The translations under genes and the position numbers were made by a program. The notes below the pieces were generated by a model that saw only the letters and a list, made by a program, of their open reading frames with translations, did not search any database and was not told the DNA's origin. A DNA stretch of 64,000 bases from Parcubacteria group bacterium LiPW_41 (GTDB lineage Bacteria; Patescibacteriota; Minisyncoccia; UBA6257; GWB1-50-10), in contig VMEM01000003.1 of assembly GCA_007375535.1 (NCBI GenBank), forward strand, positions 32,811-96,810. The letters run 5' to 3'. Numbering within the stretch: the first letter of the stretch is position 1; every line of letters starts with the position of its first letter. Shown here piece after piece: positions 56,476 to 64,000 of the stretch.

Positions 56476-57171
56476 TTGCGAACGTCAAAGATGAGGAATA
56501 GCCACCATATATGGAGGTATGCTATGCAAAGCATATTCACAAAAGCAATTGATTTAATTTCAAATTTCAACATCAAATTCAGAACGAGTGCGATGAAGCA
56601 AGAAATTACTGACGAGGGCTTTCAAATTCTTATTAGTAGTGATGATTTTATTGATCTTGTTGCTCGGGAAGGGAAAAGATTTTTAAAAGAATCTAAGAAA
56701 TTTTTATCCACATTTAAAGAATCGATCTCAATAACAACATCAGCATTCGGCAAATCACTATTTACAACAAGTATTAATCCTAGATACTTCATTTGGGAAA
56801 ACTTTCAGAAACGGATGTTAAACAAAGCATCTGATCTTATCCCCGAATTCAAAGGAGTGTTGAAATCAATGAGGCTTACCAAAAGCATAAAAGATTATGA
56901 AATCCTTGCAGAAATTGGTGAATCAAATATTTTCTCTATTGACGAAGCATGCGCCATTTTCAAGGCACTTACCGAACGTCAGCCAAATGGTGAAGCGGGT
57001 GATCTTCTAAACGACAGATATGCAAACATCATCTATGTTCGATTAGACGAAGAAACGGTTGTTCCCTCGTTTGTGTGTTGGGATTCTAGCGATTGCAAGT
57101 GGCGTTTGGCTGCATTCTCGTTTGATGACAGATCGTGGGATGCTGGCCCTTGTGTTCTTGTTCGGGGCTAA
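56476..57171 (+). CDS. Hypothetical cytoplasmic protein
   Basis: 231 aa with no recognisable motifs. The true start may be Met at 56524 (MQSIFTKAID). Confidence 0.4.
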   Translation: MRTSKMRNSHHIWRYAMQSIFTKAIDLISNFNIKFRTSAMKQEITDEGFQILISSDDFIDLVAREGKRFLKESKKFLSTFKESISITTSAFGKSLFTTSINPRYFIWENFQKRMLNKASDLIPEFKGVLKSMRLTKSIKDYEILAEIGESNIFSIDEACAIFKALTERQPNGEAGDLLNDRYANIIYVRLDEETVVPSFVCWDSSDCKWRLAAFSFDDRSWDAGPCVLVRG

Positions 57172-57281
57172 TCGTCTTGAACACTGATATATTAATTTGA
57201 TTATTGTTTTATTGACCCTGTTTCCGAATGGAGATGGGGTCGTTTTATATTTGTTAATTTATTTCGTGCTAAAATAGAGGG

Positions 57282-57980
57282 GTGAATGGATTTGTGAAAT
57301 TTATATTGTGGACAGTTGTTCTCTCTGCGTTGGGGTATTTTGGATATCAAGCATATACAAAATGGTGGGATGCAGATGTATTCAATCAGAAAAAAGATCA
57401 GATTACTGAAACACTAGGAAACACCGCGAGTAGCACCAAGGGAGTGCTAACAGAGAAGGCAGGAGAAGCAAAAGAAAAAATAGGAGAATATACCAATCAA
57501 GTTGTGGGAGAGGCAAAAGAGGGAGCTCTGCAATTTATTCAAAGAAAAATTGGAGAGGGAATTTCGGCACTTGGGGAGAGTATAAGTGGTGTTGGAGGAA
57601 CTGTTGGTGGTGCTACCACTACAATTCAATATGTTCCTGTCTCAATTCCTTCTATTGTTTCTTCATATAGTAATAGTGCGACACAAAGTTCTCCGCAGAT
57701 TTCTACGTTCCCAAATCCAACAAGTACTGGGTTTTTAAACCCTCCTCCACCTACTGCTATCAGCACAAAGGAAAATGTTCCGTTAATATTTTCAATAAAT
57801 ACTCCTGTGCATTATCATGTAGATTGGGGTGACGGATCAAAGGAAGAAGGAACAGAAACAGCTGGTGTGGTGAAATTGATTAGTCACACATGGAATATAA
57901 AAGGAGACTATATTGTGACAGTAACTATTGAAGAAGGAACGCCAAAAGGAAATACGGTCTTTCCAATTAGGGTATACTAA
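57282..57980 (+). CDS. Membrane-anchored protein with a C-terminal PKD-like domain
   Basis: N-terminal TM. Ser/Thr/Pro-rich linker. PKD signature YHVDWGDGS...[13 protein letters not shown]. Confidence 0.6.
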   Translation: MNGFVKFILWTVVLSALGYFGYQAYTKWWDADVFNQKKDQITETLGNTASSTKGVLTEKAGEAKEKIGEYTNQVVGEAKEGALQFIQRKIGEGISALGESISGVGGTVGGATTTIQYVPVSIPSIVSSYSNSATQSSPQISTFPNPTSTGFLNPPPPTAISTKENVPLIFSINTPVHYHVDWGDGSKEEGTETAGVVKLISHTWNIKGDYIVTVTIEEGTPKGNTVFPIRVY

Positions 57981-58054
57981 CAGAAGTGCGAATCTCAAAA
58001 GTCAAAGTTCAAAAGTTATATCAATTTTGAAAAACCAGTGAACTTCCAAACAAG

Positions 58055-58843
58055 ATGAAAGAGCAGGTATTTATAAAAACAGACAAATCAGGAGTAAGAA
58101 GAAAGTACTATTATGGTGCTCTGATTATTGTTGGAATTATAATTATTGCTATCGGAGCGAGTACTTATTTTTATTATTGGAGTCCGACATTACAGGTTGG
58201 TGAATTTTCTGTTGTTGGTACTAATTCAAAAGAGGAAGCGAAGGTTGCAATTGTTAATTATTTCAATTCATCGCGGTCATTTTTTTCACCAGCCACCGAT
58301 AGAATTGTTTTTTGGACGCAACACAATGAAGAACTTATTCAGTCTCCTTCATTTCTTCCTTATGCCTCATCAATTAAGCTCGTGAGCAATTTTTCAGAGA
58401 AAAAAGTAACTGCAGAGATTACTCCTCGGGTGATGAGTGGGGTGTGGTGTATAACAGAAAAGTGTTATGTGTTTGATGACAATGGGATTCTTTTTTCTGA
58501 GTCACCAAATGTTTCTGGTTCAATTATTTTAAAAATAAGAGATGAAAATAATAATCCTGTATCTTTGGGAAATGCAGTATTAAGTCAGGATGAATTTAAT
58601 TCTATAAAAAAGGCGATACAGAGCGTACAAAGAAATAAAATTCCTATATCAGAGGTACTTATACAAAATGTTGAATTAAAAGAATGGGCAACGGTTGCTC
58701 CAAATGGATTTTCAATAAAATTTAGTTTTAATTCAATTCCTGAAGATCTTGATTCGGTGTTTCAAGGAATTCTTGAAAGGACAAGTATTGAGAAGCTTTC
58801 GTATATTGATTTGCGTGTTCCAAACAGAGTTTATTTTAAATAG
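58055..58843 (+). CDS. FtsQ/DivIB-like cell-division protein (POTRA-containing), tentative
   Basis: Short cytoplasmic N-terminus, one TM, extracytoplasmic domain. C-terminus YIDLRVPNRVYFK resembles FtsQ termini. Confidence 0.4.
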   Translation: MKEQVFIKTDKSGVRRKYYYGALIIVGIIIIAIGASTYFYYWSPTLQVGEFSVVGTNSKEEAKVAIVNYFNSSRSFFSPATDRIVFWTQHNEELIQSPSFLPYASSIKLVSNFSEKKVTAEITPRVMSGVWCITEKCYVFDDNGILFSESPNVSGSIILKIRDENNNPVSLGNAVLSQDEFNSIKKAIQSVQRNKIPISEVLIQNVELKEWATVAPNGFSIKFSFNSIPEDLDSVFQGILERTSIEKLSYIDLRVPNRVYFK

Positions 58844-58889
58844 AGTTTAGTTGTTTGTGGTGATGTTATACTAAATATAGAGAAACGTG

Positions 58890-59078
58890 TCCCGTTAGAG
58901 ACGGTTTGTGAATGCATAACAAGTATTCTCACTATTATCTTTACCTGACACATAAGGAATAACAACAACGGAAATGGTTATTTATAACACTTACAATTAT
59001 ATCAATACACTGGTCGCACATACTACAGAAAATGGCTGTGACTCTACTCACATAACCATTTCCTGTCTCTAACGGGAT
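58890..59078. repeat. IR-bounded intergenic element, copy C (TCCCGTTAGAGAC ... GTCTCTAACGGGA[T]). Ends at the start codon of the pilin gene.
   Basis: 13-bp terminal inverted repeats, about 189 bp overall. Carries a compensatory change relative to copies A and B (GAAAC/GTTTC becomes GAGAC/GTCTC). Internal 10-bp hairpin ggaaatggtt / aaccatttcc. Confidence 0.7.
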
Positions 59079-59889
59079 GAAGAATCTATTAAAAGATAAT
59101 AATTCTGGATTTACCCTTATTGAGCTTCTTATTTATGCAGCAATTTTCTCAGTAAGTGCTGTTTTTTTGGTGAACATTCTAACTTCAATCACACAGACAC
59201 AAATTAAGCAGACTTCTGCAAATGAAGTTGGTCAGCAGGTTTCTTTTGTCAGTAATACAATTCAGCGATTAGTTCGAGAGGGAAGTGTTATTGAAAACGA
59301 TTCTGGAGTTGCAAGTTCAACGATCAAAATCAGAACAACGGCGTCTTCAACTGATCCAACACTTATTTATTGGGATCAAACGAATAACACTATTCAATTA
59401 AGACAAGGATCAAGTTCGCCAATACAACTTACCAATGAGAAGGTTGTGGTAAGTGCATTTTCTGCGACAAAATACGAAAATCCTGGAGGAAATGCAGTTG
59501 TACAAGTGGATTTTGCGCTTGCGGTTAACACAACGGTGGAGAGAGCTAAGGTTACGAAATTTTGGAGGGGTGCAATAACAAGAATTTCTGCCGCAACATT
59601 TGATTCTGATTTACTTCCAAATACTTCAAACGCATTAAATCTTGGTGGCGCAGGATCAACATGGAAAGATGGTTTTTTTAATGGCGCAGTGAATATAATT
59701 GGAAAGCTAGGAGTAAGTACACAGCCATCTGATATCTCTGGTATGGCTTCGGGGATAAAAGTAAATGGAGATGTCTCATTTATGGCTTCAGCAAACGGAG
59801 TAATATTAAAAGCGCCAAATGGAACTTGTTATAGGGTTACTGTGATAAATGGGGGAACGCTTGCCACGGCAACTGCGACGTGCCCGTAG
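59077..59889 (+). CDS. Type IV pilin-like protein (long, 270 aa) with a class III signal peptide
   Basis: MKNLLKDNNSG followed by FTLIELLIYAAIFSVSAVFLV: a prepilin leader, cleavage-site Gly, then Phe+1 and Glu+5. Confidence 0.7.
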   Translation: MKNLLKDNNSGFTLIELLIYAAIFSVSAVFLVNILTSITQTQIKQTSANEVGQQVSFVSNTIQRLVREGSVIENDSGVASSTIKIRTTASSTDPTLIYWDQTNNTIQLRQGSSSPIQLTNEKVVVSAFSATKYENPGGNAVVQVDFALAVNTTVERAKVTKFWRGAITRISAATFDSDLLPNTSNALNLGGAGSTWKDGFFNGAVNIIGKLGVSTQPSDISGMASGIKVNGDVSFMASANGVILKAPNGTCYRVTVINGGTLATATATCP

Positions 59890-59943
59890 AAAACTCAAAT
59901 CTCAAAGCGCAAACATCAAAAGTGAAACGCAAAGGTCAAAAGT

Positions 59944-60297
59944 ATGGATACCTCAACCAATTTAAAACAAAGGTGTTATAGGTTCGGACTTTTAATAATT
60001 CAGTTGTGCGACACGCTACCACAGAAGAGAAGCGCATGGATAATTAGTGACCAATGTATCCGTTCAGCCACAAGTATTGGCGCCAATCTTATAGAAGCAC
60101 GCGCTTCAAGCTCTCGCTTAGAATTCAAGAAGTTCTTCGAAGTCGCCCTTAAGAGCGCAAATGAAACAGTCTATTGGTTATCCCTGTTAAAAGATTCTGG
60201 ATTAGCGAGTAACGAAAAGATTTCTCCACTTATCCAAGAGTGTGAAGAACTTGCAAAGATGTTAGGAAAGAGTGTACTAACACTTAAGAAGAAATAA
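59944..60297 (+). CDS. Four-helix-bundle protein (23S rRNA intervening-sequence protein family)
   Basis: 117 aa. Pattern IRSATSIGANLIEA...EF..F..ALKSANETVYWLSLL characteristic of this family. Confidence 0.65.
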   Translation: MDTSTNLKQRCYRFGLLIIQLCDTLPQKRSAWIISDQCIRSATSIGANLIEARASSSRLEFKKFFEVALKSANETVYWLSLLKDSGLASNEKISPLIQECEELAKMLGKSVLTLKKK

Positions 60298-60351
60298 CTA
60301 ATTACTTTTATGTTTCATTTTTGCACTTTGAGTTTTGAACTTTGAGCTAAA

Positions 60352-60378
60352 TTGGCACTTGACACTGTCGAGTGCTAA
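60352..60378 (+). promoter_or_regulatory. CIRCE-like HrcA operator (TTGGCACTT-N9-GAGTGCTAA) embedded in the hrcA promoter
   Basis: Right arm identical to the CIRCE consensus GAGTGCTAA; left arm 7/9 to TTAGCACTC; 9-nt spacer. TTGACA at 60359-60364 and TATAAT at 60381-60386 flank and overlap it. Confidence 0.6.
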
Positions 60379-60384
60379 TTTATA

Positions 60385-61071
60385 ATGAGCGGGATGAGGG
60401 AAAGGACTCAATCAATTTTAGAGGCATCAGTAAGAGAATTTATTAAAACGGGGAAGCCAATTACCTCGGAAATTTTGTATGAAATTTATGATTTTGGGAT
60501 AAAACCTGCAATGATTCGTCTAGAGCTTGGTGACCTATCCCATGAGGGTTTTTTGTACCAAATTCACCCTTCTGGGGGGCGATATCCAACTGACAAGGCA
60601 TATAGACACTTTGTAGACAGTGTCATTGAAAAGAAGGCAAAGACAGAGCCTAAATGGATTGATGAGGACAAGATTGATGAAGATTTAAAAGGTTTTATGG
60701 ATGATATTTCTCACCATCTTGGAGTGTTGTCGGTAGGGTTTGATGTTCATAAAAATACTGTTGTTGATTCTGGTCTTTGTGAGCTTCTTGAAAGAATTCC
60801 AATAAGTGCAAAAGAGGAATTACTTTCGATCGTAAGTGATTTCGAGGCGATTGAAGAACGGTTACAAAAACAAAAGGAATGGATTATAAACGAAGTGGTT
60901 TGTCCAAAAGTTTTTATTGGCGAGAGTCCAATAACAAAGAGTAAGGAACTTTCAGTAGTTGCGGGGAGAATAAACAATAGTGAGAATGATGTGATTATTT
61001 TTTCAATTGGACCCAAACGTATGGATTATGAAAGGGCGATAGGGATTATGAAACTATTATCAGATGATTAA
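60385..61071 (+). CDS. hrcA: Heat-inducible transcription repressor HrcA (short form)
   Basis: N-terminal winged helix SILEASVREFIKTGKPITSEIL...HPSGGRYPTDKAYRHFVD and C-terminal IIFSIGPKRMDYERAIGIMKLLSD match HrcA. The true start may be ATG 60394, giving a leaderless transcript. Confidence 0.75.
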   Translation: MSGMRERTQSILEASVREFIKTGKPITSEILYEIYDFGIKPAMIRLELGDLSHEGFLYQIHPSGGRYPTDKAYRHFVDSVIEKKAKTEPKWIDEDKIDEDLKGFMDDISHHLGVLSVGFDVHKNTVVDSGLCELLERIPISAKEELLSIVSDFEAIEERLQKQKEWIINEVVCPKVFIGESPITKSKELSVVAGRINNSENDVIIFSIGPKRMDYERAIGIMKLLSDD

Positions 61072-61076
61072 ATAAT

Positions 61077-61559
61077 ATGGAAGAAGAAAAAAAAGAAATC
61101 ACGGAAAAAGAATTAGATATTGAGACAATTCAAAAAGAACGAAACGAATATCTTGAAGGATGGAAGCGAGCAAAGGCAGACTTTATAAATTATAAGAATG
61201 AAGAAACTGAACGAACAAAACGATTTAGTGCAATAACAAAAGAAATGATTGTTGCTGATATACTTCCTGTTCTTGATAGTTTCGAGTTGGGGATTATGTC
61301 ATCAAAGGATGAACAATCAAAGAAAGGAATGGAATTAATTCGGATGCAGTTAGAAGAAGTGTTGAGACGAAATGGATTAGAAAAAATTAACGCGAGTCCG
61401 GGAGATCAGTTCAATCCTTTATATCATGAAGCAATTGGAGAAAAGGAATCAGAATATGCAGAGGGGACAATTGCAGAAGAAGTCGGAATTGGGTATACAC
61501 TTGATGGACGCATAGTGCGACCAACAAGAGTAAAAATATCAAAAGAGTCAAAAAAATAA
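61077..61559 (+). CDS. grpE: Nucleotide exchange factor GrpE
   Basis: Coiled-coil N-terminus, four-helix bundle, and C-terminal beta domain (PLYHEAIG, GYTLDGRIVRPTRVKI). Confidence 0.85.
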   Translation: MEEEKKEITEKELDIETIQKERNEYLEGWKRAKADFINYKNEETERTKRFSAITKEMIVADILPVLDSFELGIMSSKDEQSKKGMELIRMQLEEVLRRNGLEKINASPGDQFNPLYHEAIGEKESEYAEGTIAEEVGIGYTLDGRIVRPTRVKISKESKK

Positions 61560-61582
61560 ATAATAACTAAATAAAAAAATAT

Positions 61583-63481
61583 ATGTCAAAAATTTTAGGA
61601 ATAGATCTTGGTACAACAAACTCGGCGATGGCAATTATGGAGGGTGGAGAACCAAAGGTGCTTGAGAACCATGAAGGAAATCGTACCACTCCTTCGATCA
61701 TTGCACTTTCAAAAGCAAATGAACGTCTTGCGGGATTACTTGCAAAGCGTCAGGGTGTTGTAAATCCAAAAAATACTATTAACTCAGTAAAGCGTCTTAT
61801 TGGAAGGAAGTGGACTGATGCGGAAGTACAACGTGACAAGCAGTGGCTTTCCTATGACATCCGTGAATCAGCTCATGGTGGTGTTGAAGTAAAACTTGGA
61901 GATAGGTGGCACACTCCAGAAGAAATCTCTGCAATGGTGTTGCAAAAACTTAAGGCGGATGCAGAGGCAAAAACAGGGGAAACAATTAGTGAAGCAATTA
62001 TTACTGTTCCTGCGTATTTTGATGACACACAGAGACAAGCAACAAAAAATGCGGGAGAAATTGCTGGATTTAATGTTCGTAGAATTATTAATGAGCCAAC
62101 CGCTGCAGCGTTTGCGTATGGGGTGAATAAAATGAAGAACGAGAAAATAGCTGTGTATGATTTTGGTGGGGGAACATTTGATATTTCAGTTCTTGAAATT
62201 GGATTTGATCCGGAAACAAAAGAACAGACGGTTGAGGTAAAAGCGACGGGAGGTGATACTCATCTTGGAGGTGATGATTTTGATAAAAAAATTATTGAGC
62301 ATTTAGTATCTGAATATAAGAAAGCAGAGGGAGTTGATATTTCAAATGACCCACTTGCGATTCAGCGTTTAAAGGAAGCGGCAGAGCGTGCAAAACACGA
62401 GCTTTCAACTGCAATGGAAACCGAGATAAATCTTCCATATATTACTTCTGATGCATCGGGTCCAAAGCATTTTATGATGAAGCTTACCCGTGCAAAATTA
62501 GAAGATTTGGTACGCGAATATATTGATCGTTCAATTGCGCTAGTAAAAGAAGCAGTAACTGCACCAGCACCAAAAGGAGCAGGATTGAAACTTTCTGATA
62601 TTGGAGAAGTAGTATTGGTTGGAGGGCAAACACGAATGCCAGCAATTGAAGAGGCGGTGAAGAATTTATTTGGAAAAGAACCACACAAAGGAATCAATCC
62701 CGATGAGGTTGTCTCAATTGGGGCAGCAGTTCAAGCGGGTATCCTTCAAGGAGATGTAAAAGATATTCTCTTGCTTGATGTAACTCCACTTACACTTTCA
62801 ATTGAAACACTGGGAAGTGTTGCAACTCCAATGATTCCAAAGAATACGACTATTCCAACAACAAAATCTCAGGTGTTCTCAACTGCAGCAGACAATCAGA
62901 CGTCGGTTGAAATTCATATCGGTCAAGGAGAACGTCCAATGATGGCAGACAACAAAACACTTGCGCGGTTCATTCTTGATGGTATTCCACCATCACCACG
63001 TGGAGTTCCTCAGGTTGAGGTTACATTTGATATTGATGCAAATGGGATTTTGAATGTTTCAGCAAAGGATAAGGCAAGTGGAAAAACACAATCAGTTCGT
63101 ATTGAGGCATCAACTGCGCTTTCAAAAGAAGAAATTGAACGTTTGAAGCAGGAAGCAATGGCACATGCTGCAGAAGATGAAAAGAAGCGTGGGGTTATTG
63201 AGGCAAAAAATCATGCTGAGACTCTCATTTATACTGCAGAAAAAGCAATGAAAGATGCGGGAGAGAAAGTCCCACAAGAATTGAAAGATTCAATAAATAC
63301 AAAAATTACAAATCTTAATGCAGTTAAAACTGGAGAAGATAAAGAGGCAATTGAAGTAAAGACACAGGAACTTTCAGAAGAGCTACAAAAGATTGGAGAA
63401 ATCATGTATAAAGAGAATAAGGCTGGAGATACTCCAACTGATCAAACAAATCATGATCAACCAAGCACCGGAAATAATTAG
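61583..63481 (+). CDS. dnaK: Chaperone DnaK (Hsp70)
   Basis: [18 protein letters not shown], and substrate-binding domain and lid. 632 aa. Confidence 0.95.
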   Translation: MSKILGIDLGTTNSAMAIMEGGEPKVLENHEGNRTTPSIIALSKANERLAGLLAKRQGVVNPKNTINSVKRLIGRKWTDAEVQRDKQWLSYDIRESAHGGVEVKLGDRWHTPEEISAMVLQKLKADAEAKTGETISEAIITVPAYFDDTQRQATKNAGEIAGFNVRRIINEPTAAAFAYGVNKMKNEKIAVYDFGGGTFDISVLEIGFDPETKEQTVEVKATGGDTHLGGDDFDKKIIEHLVSEYKKAEGVDISNDPLAIQRLKEAAERAKHELSTAMETEINLPYITSDASGPKHFMMKLTRAKLEDLVREYIDRSIALVKEAVTAPAPKGAGLKLSDIGEVVLVGGQTRMPAIEEAVKNLFGKEPHKGINPDEVVSIGAAVQAGILQGDVKDILLLDVTPLTLSIETLGSVATPMIPKNTTIPTTKSQVFSTAADNQTSVEIHIGQGERPMMADNKTLARFILDGIPPSPRGVPQVEVTFDIDANGILNVSAKDKASGKTQSVRIEASTALSKEEIERLKQEAMAHAAEDEKKRGVIEAKNHAETLIYTAEKAMKDAGEKVPQELKDSINTKITNLNAVKTGEDKEAIEVKTQELSEELQKIGEIMYKENKAGDTPTDQTNHDQPSTGNN

Positions 63482-63566
63482 TCAGTCAAAAATCGAAGAA
63501 ACTGATTATAACGCACTGAAGATAACACTACTTGGTGTTATTGGGGTCGCCGCAAGCATCTTCACT

Positions 63567-64000
63567 GTGTATGAGTTTGACCAGTTTCTTCTTACATTCC
63601 AATACGCATTTCTTTGGTTTGCACTATCAGGAATGTTGGCGTTTCTTGTTATAAATATTTTGCTTGCATTTTTTGTAAAGCACTTTACCATCACATTCGG
63701 AATTATTCTTGTAGAAACTTTCGCCCCTATTGTTTTCTTTATCTCAAAATTTTCTAAACCAAATATTGAGATTTTACTTATTGGGTTTTTCCTTTTCTTC
63801 CTCTTTACTATTCTTGGAGTGGGAAGGGGGGTGAGTAGGTTTCGAAATAGTATAAAGATGCGTTTTTTTGAAATTGCGAAAACAATTACACCAAAACTAG
63901 TTACGGGAGTTTTGATTCTTGCGAGTGTATTGTTTTACGGAGAATATTTTCTTTGGGGTTCAATAAATGAGACAATGACACGAACAATCTTTAATGAAAC
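63567..64000 (+). CDS. Partial ORF for a polytopic membrane protein, running off the window end. Start uncertain.
   Basis: The frame is open from about 63480 to the window end and encodes several hydrophobic helices. No ATG at the beginning; GTG at 63567 is a possible start. Absent from the ORF track because it has no stop. Confidence 0.3.
   Translation, partial: MYEFDQFLLTFQYAFLWFALSGMLAFLVINILLAFFVKHFTITFGIILVETFAPIVFFISKFSKPNIEILLIGFFLFFLFTILGVGRGVSRFRNSIKMRFFEIAKTITPKLVTGVLILASVLFYGEYFLWGSINETMTRTIFNE

Noticed and set aside
63506-63694. Minus-strand 62-aa ORF after dnaK
   Set aside because: It overlaps a long open plus-strand frame encoding hydrophobic helices that continues to the window end. 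It is most likely a shadow ORF.

Overview
This is a 64-kb, low-GC (about 36-38% by eye), gene-dense chromosomal segment. Genes are short, domain-reduced and tightly packed. I infer a small-genome Patescibacteria/CPR-like monoderm bacterium using the standard genetic code, because TGA, TAA and TAG all serve as stops.

Recognisable housekeeping content, in order:
- 5-prime-truncated MOFRL glycerate kinase, PEP synthase and a D-2-hydroxyacid dehydrogenase.
- A prepilin-peptidase-like membrane protein followed by a DUF5671/pilin-like fusion protein.
- uvrB, and further on uvrA, a patatin-like lipase, tdk and uvrC.
- Two tandem large fibronectin-III surface proteins; the first ends in a T9SS-type C-terminal sorting domain.
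- GerMN/Gmad2 proteins, nfo, a DUF192 protein, an FKBP isomerase and a CYTH protein.
- tgt-queA, an M23 peptidase and secD-secF.
- A five-gene membrane module built around a VirD4/TraG/HerA-superfamily ATPase.
- The ribosomal operon infA-rpmJ-rpsM-rpsK-rpsD-rpoA-rplQ followed by rplM-rpsI; rpoA lacks the alpha C-terminal domain.
- A PEGA/beta-propeller membrane protein, mreB, holB, frr and rseP.
- proS followed by a second mreB with mreC-mreD-mrdA.
- greA, lysS, a MazG-like protein and serS.
- PKD-domain, FtsQ-like, long type IV pilin and four-helix-bundle proteins.
- A CIRCE-controlled hrcA-grpE-dnaK operon.

No rRNA, tRNA, transposase or CRISPR array was seen.

The most unusual signals:
- The ATPase-centred membrane module, in which the ATPase appears split from its membrane anchor.
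- Four rod-like, inverted-repeat-bounded elements that fill whole intergenic regions and end exactly at start codons lacking a Shine-Dalgarno sequence. Three share one terminal repeat and show compensatory base changes.
- A T9SS sorting domain in a monoderm-like genome context.
- Two roughly 350-nt non-coding regions bracketed by terminators.
- Systematic domain loss in NER and RNA polymerase proteins.
- A recurring TTGACT-N17-TAYAAT promoter consensus.
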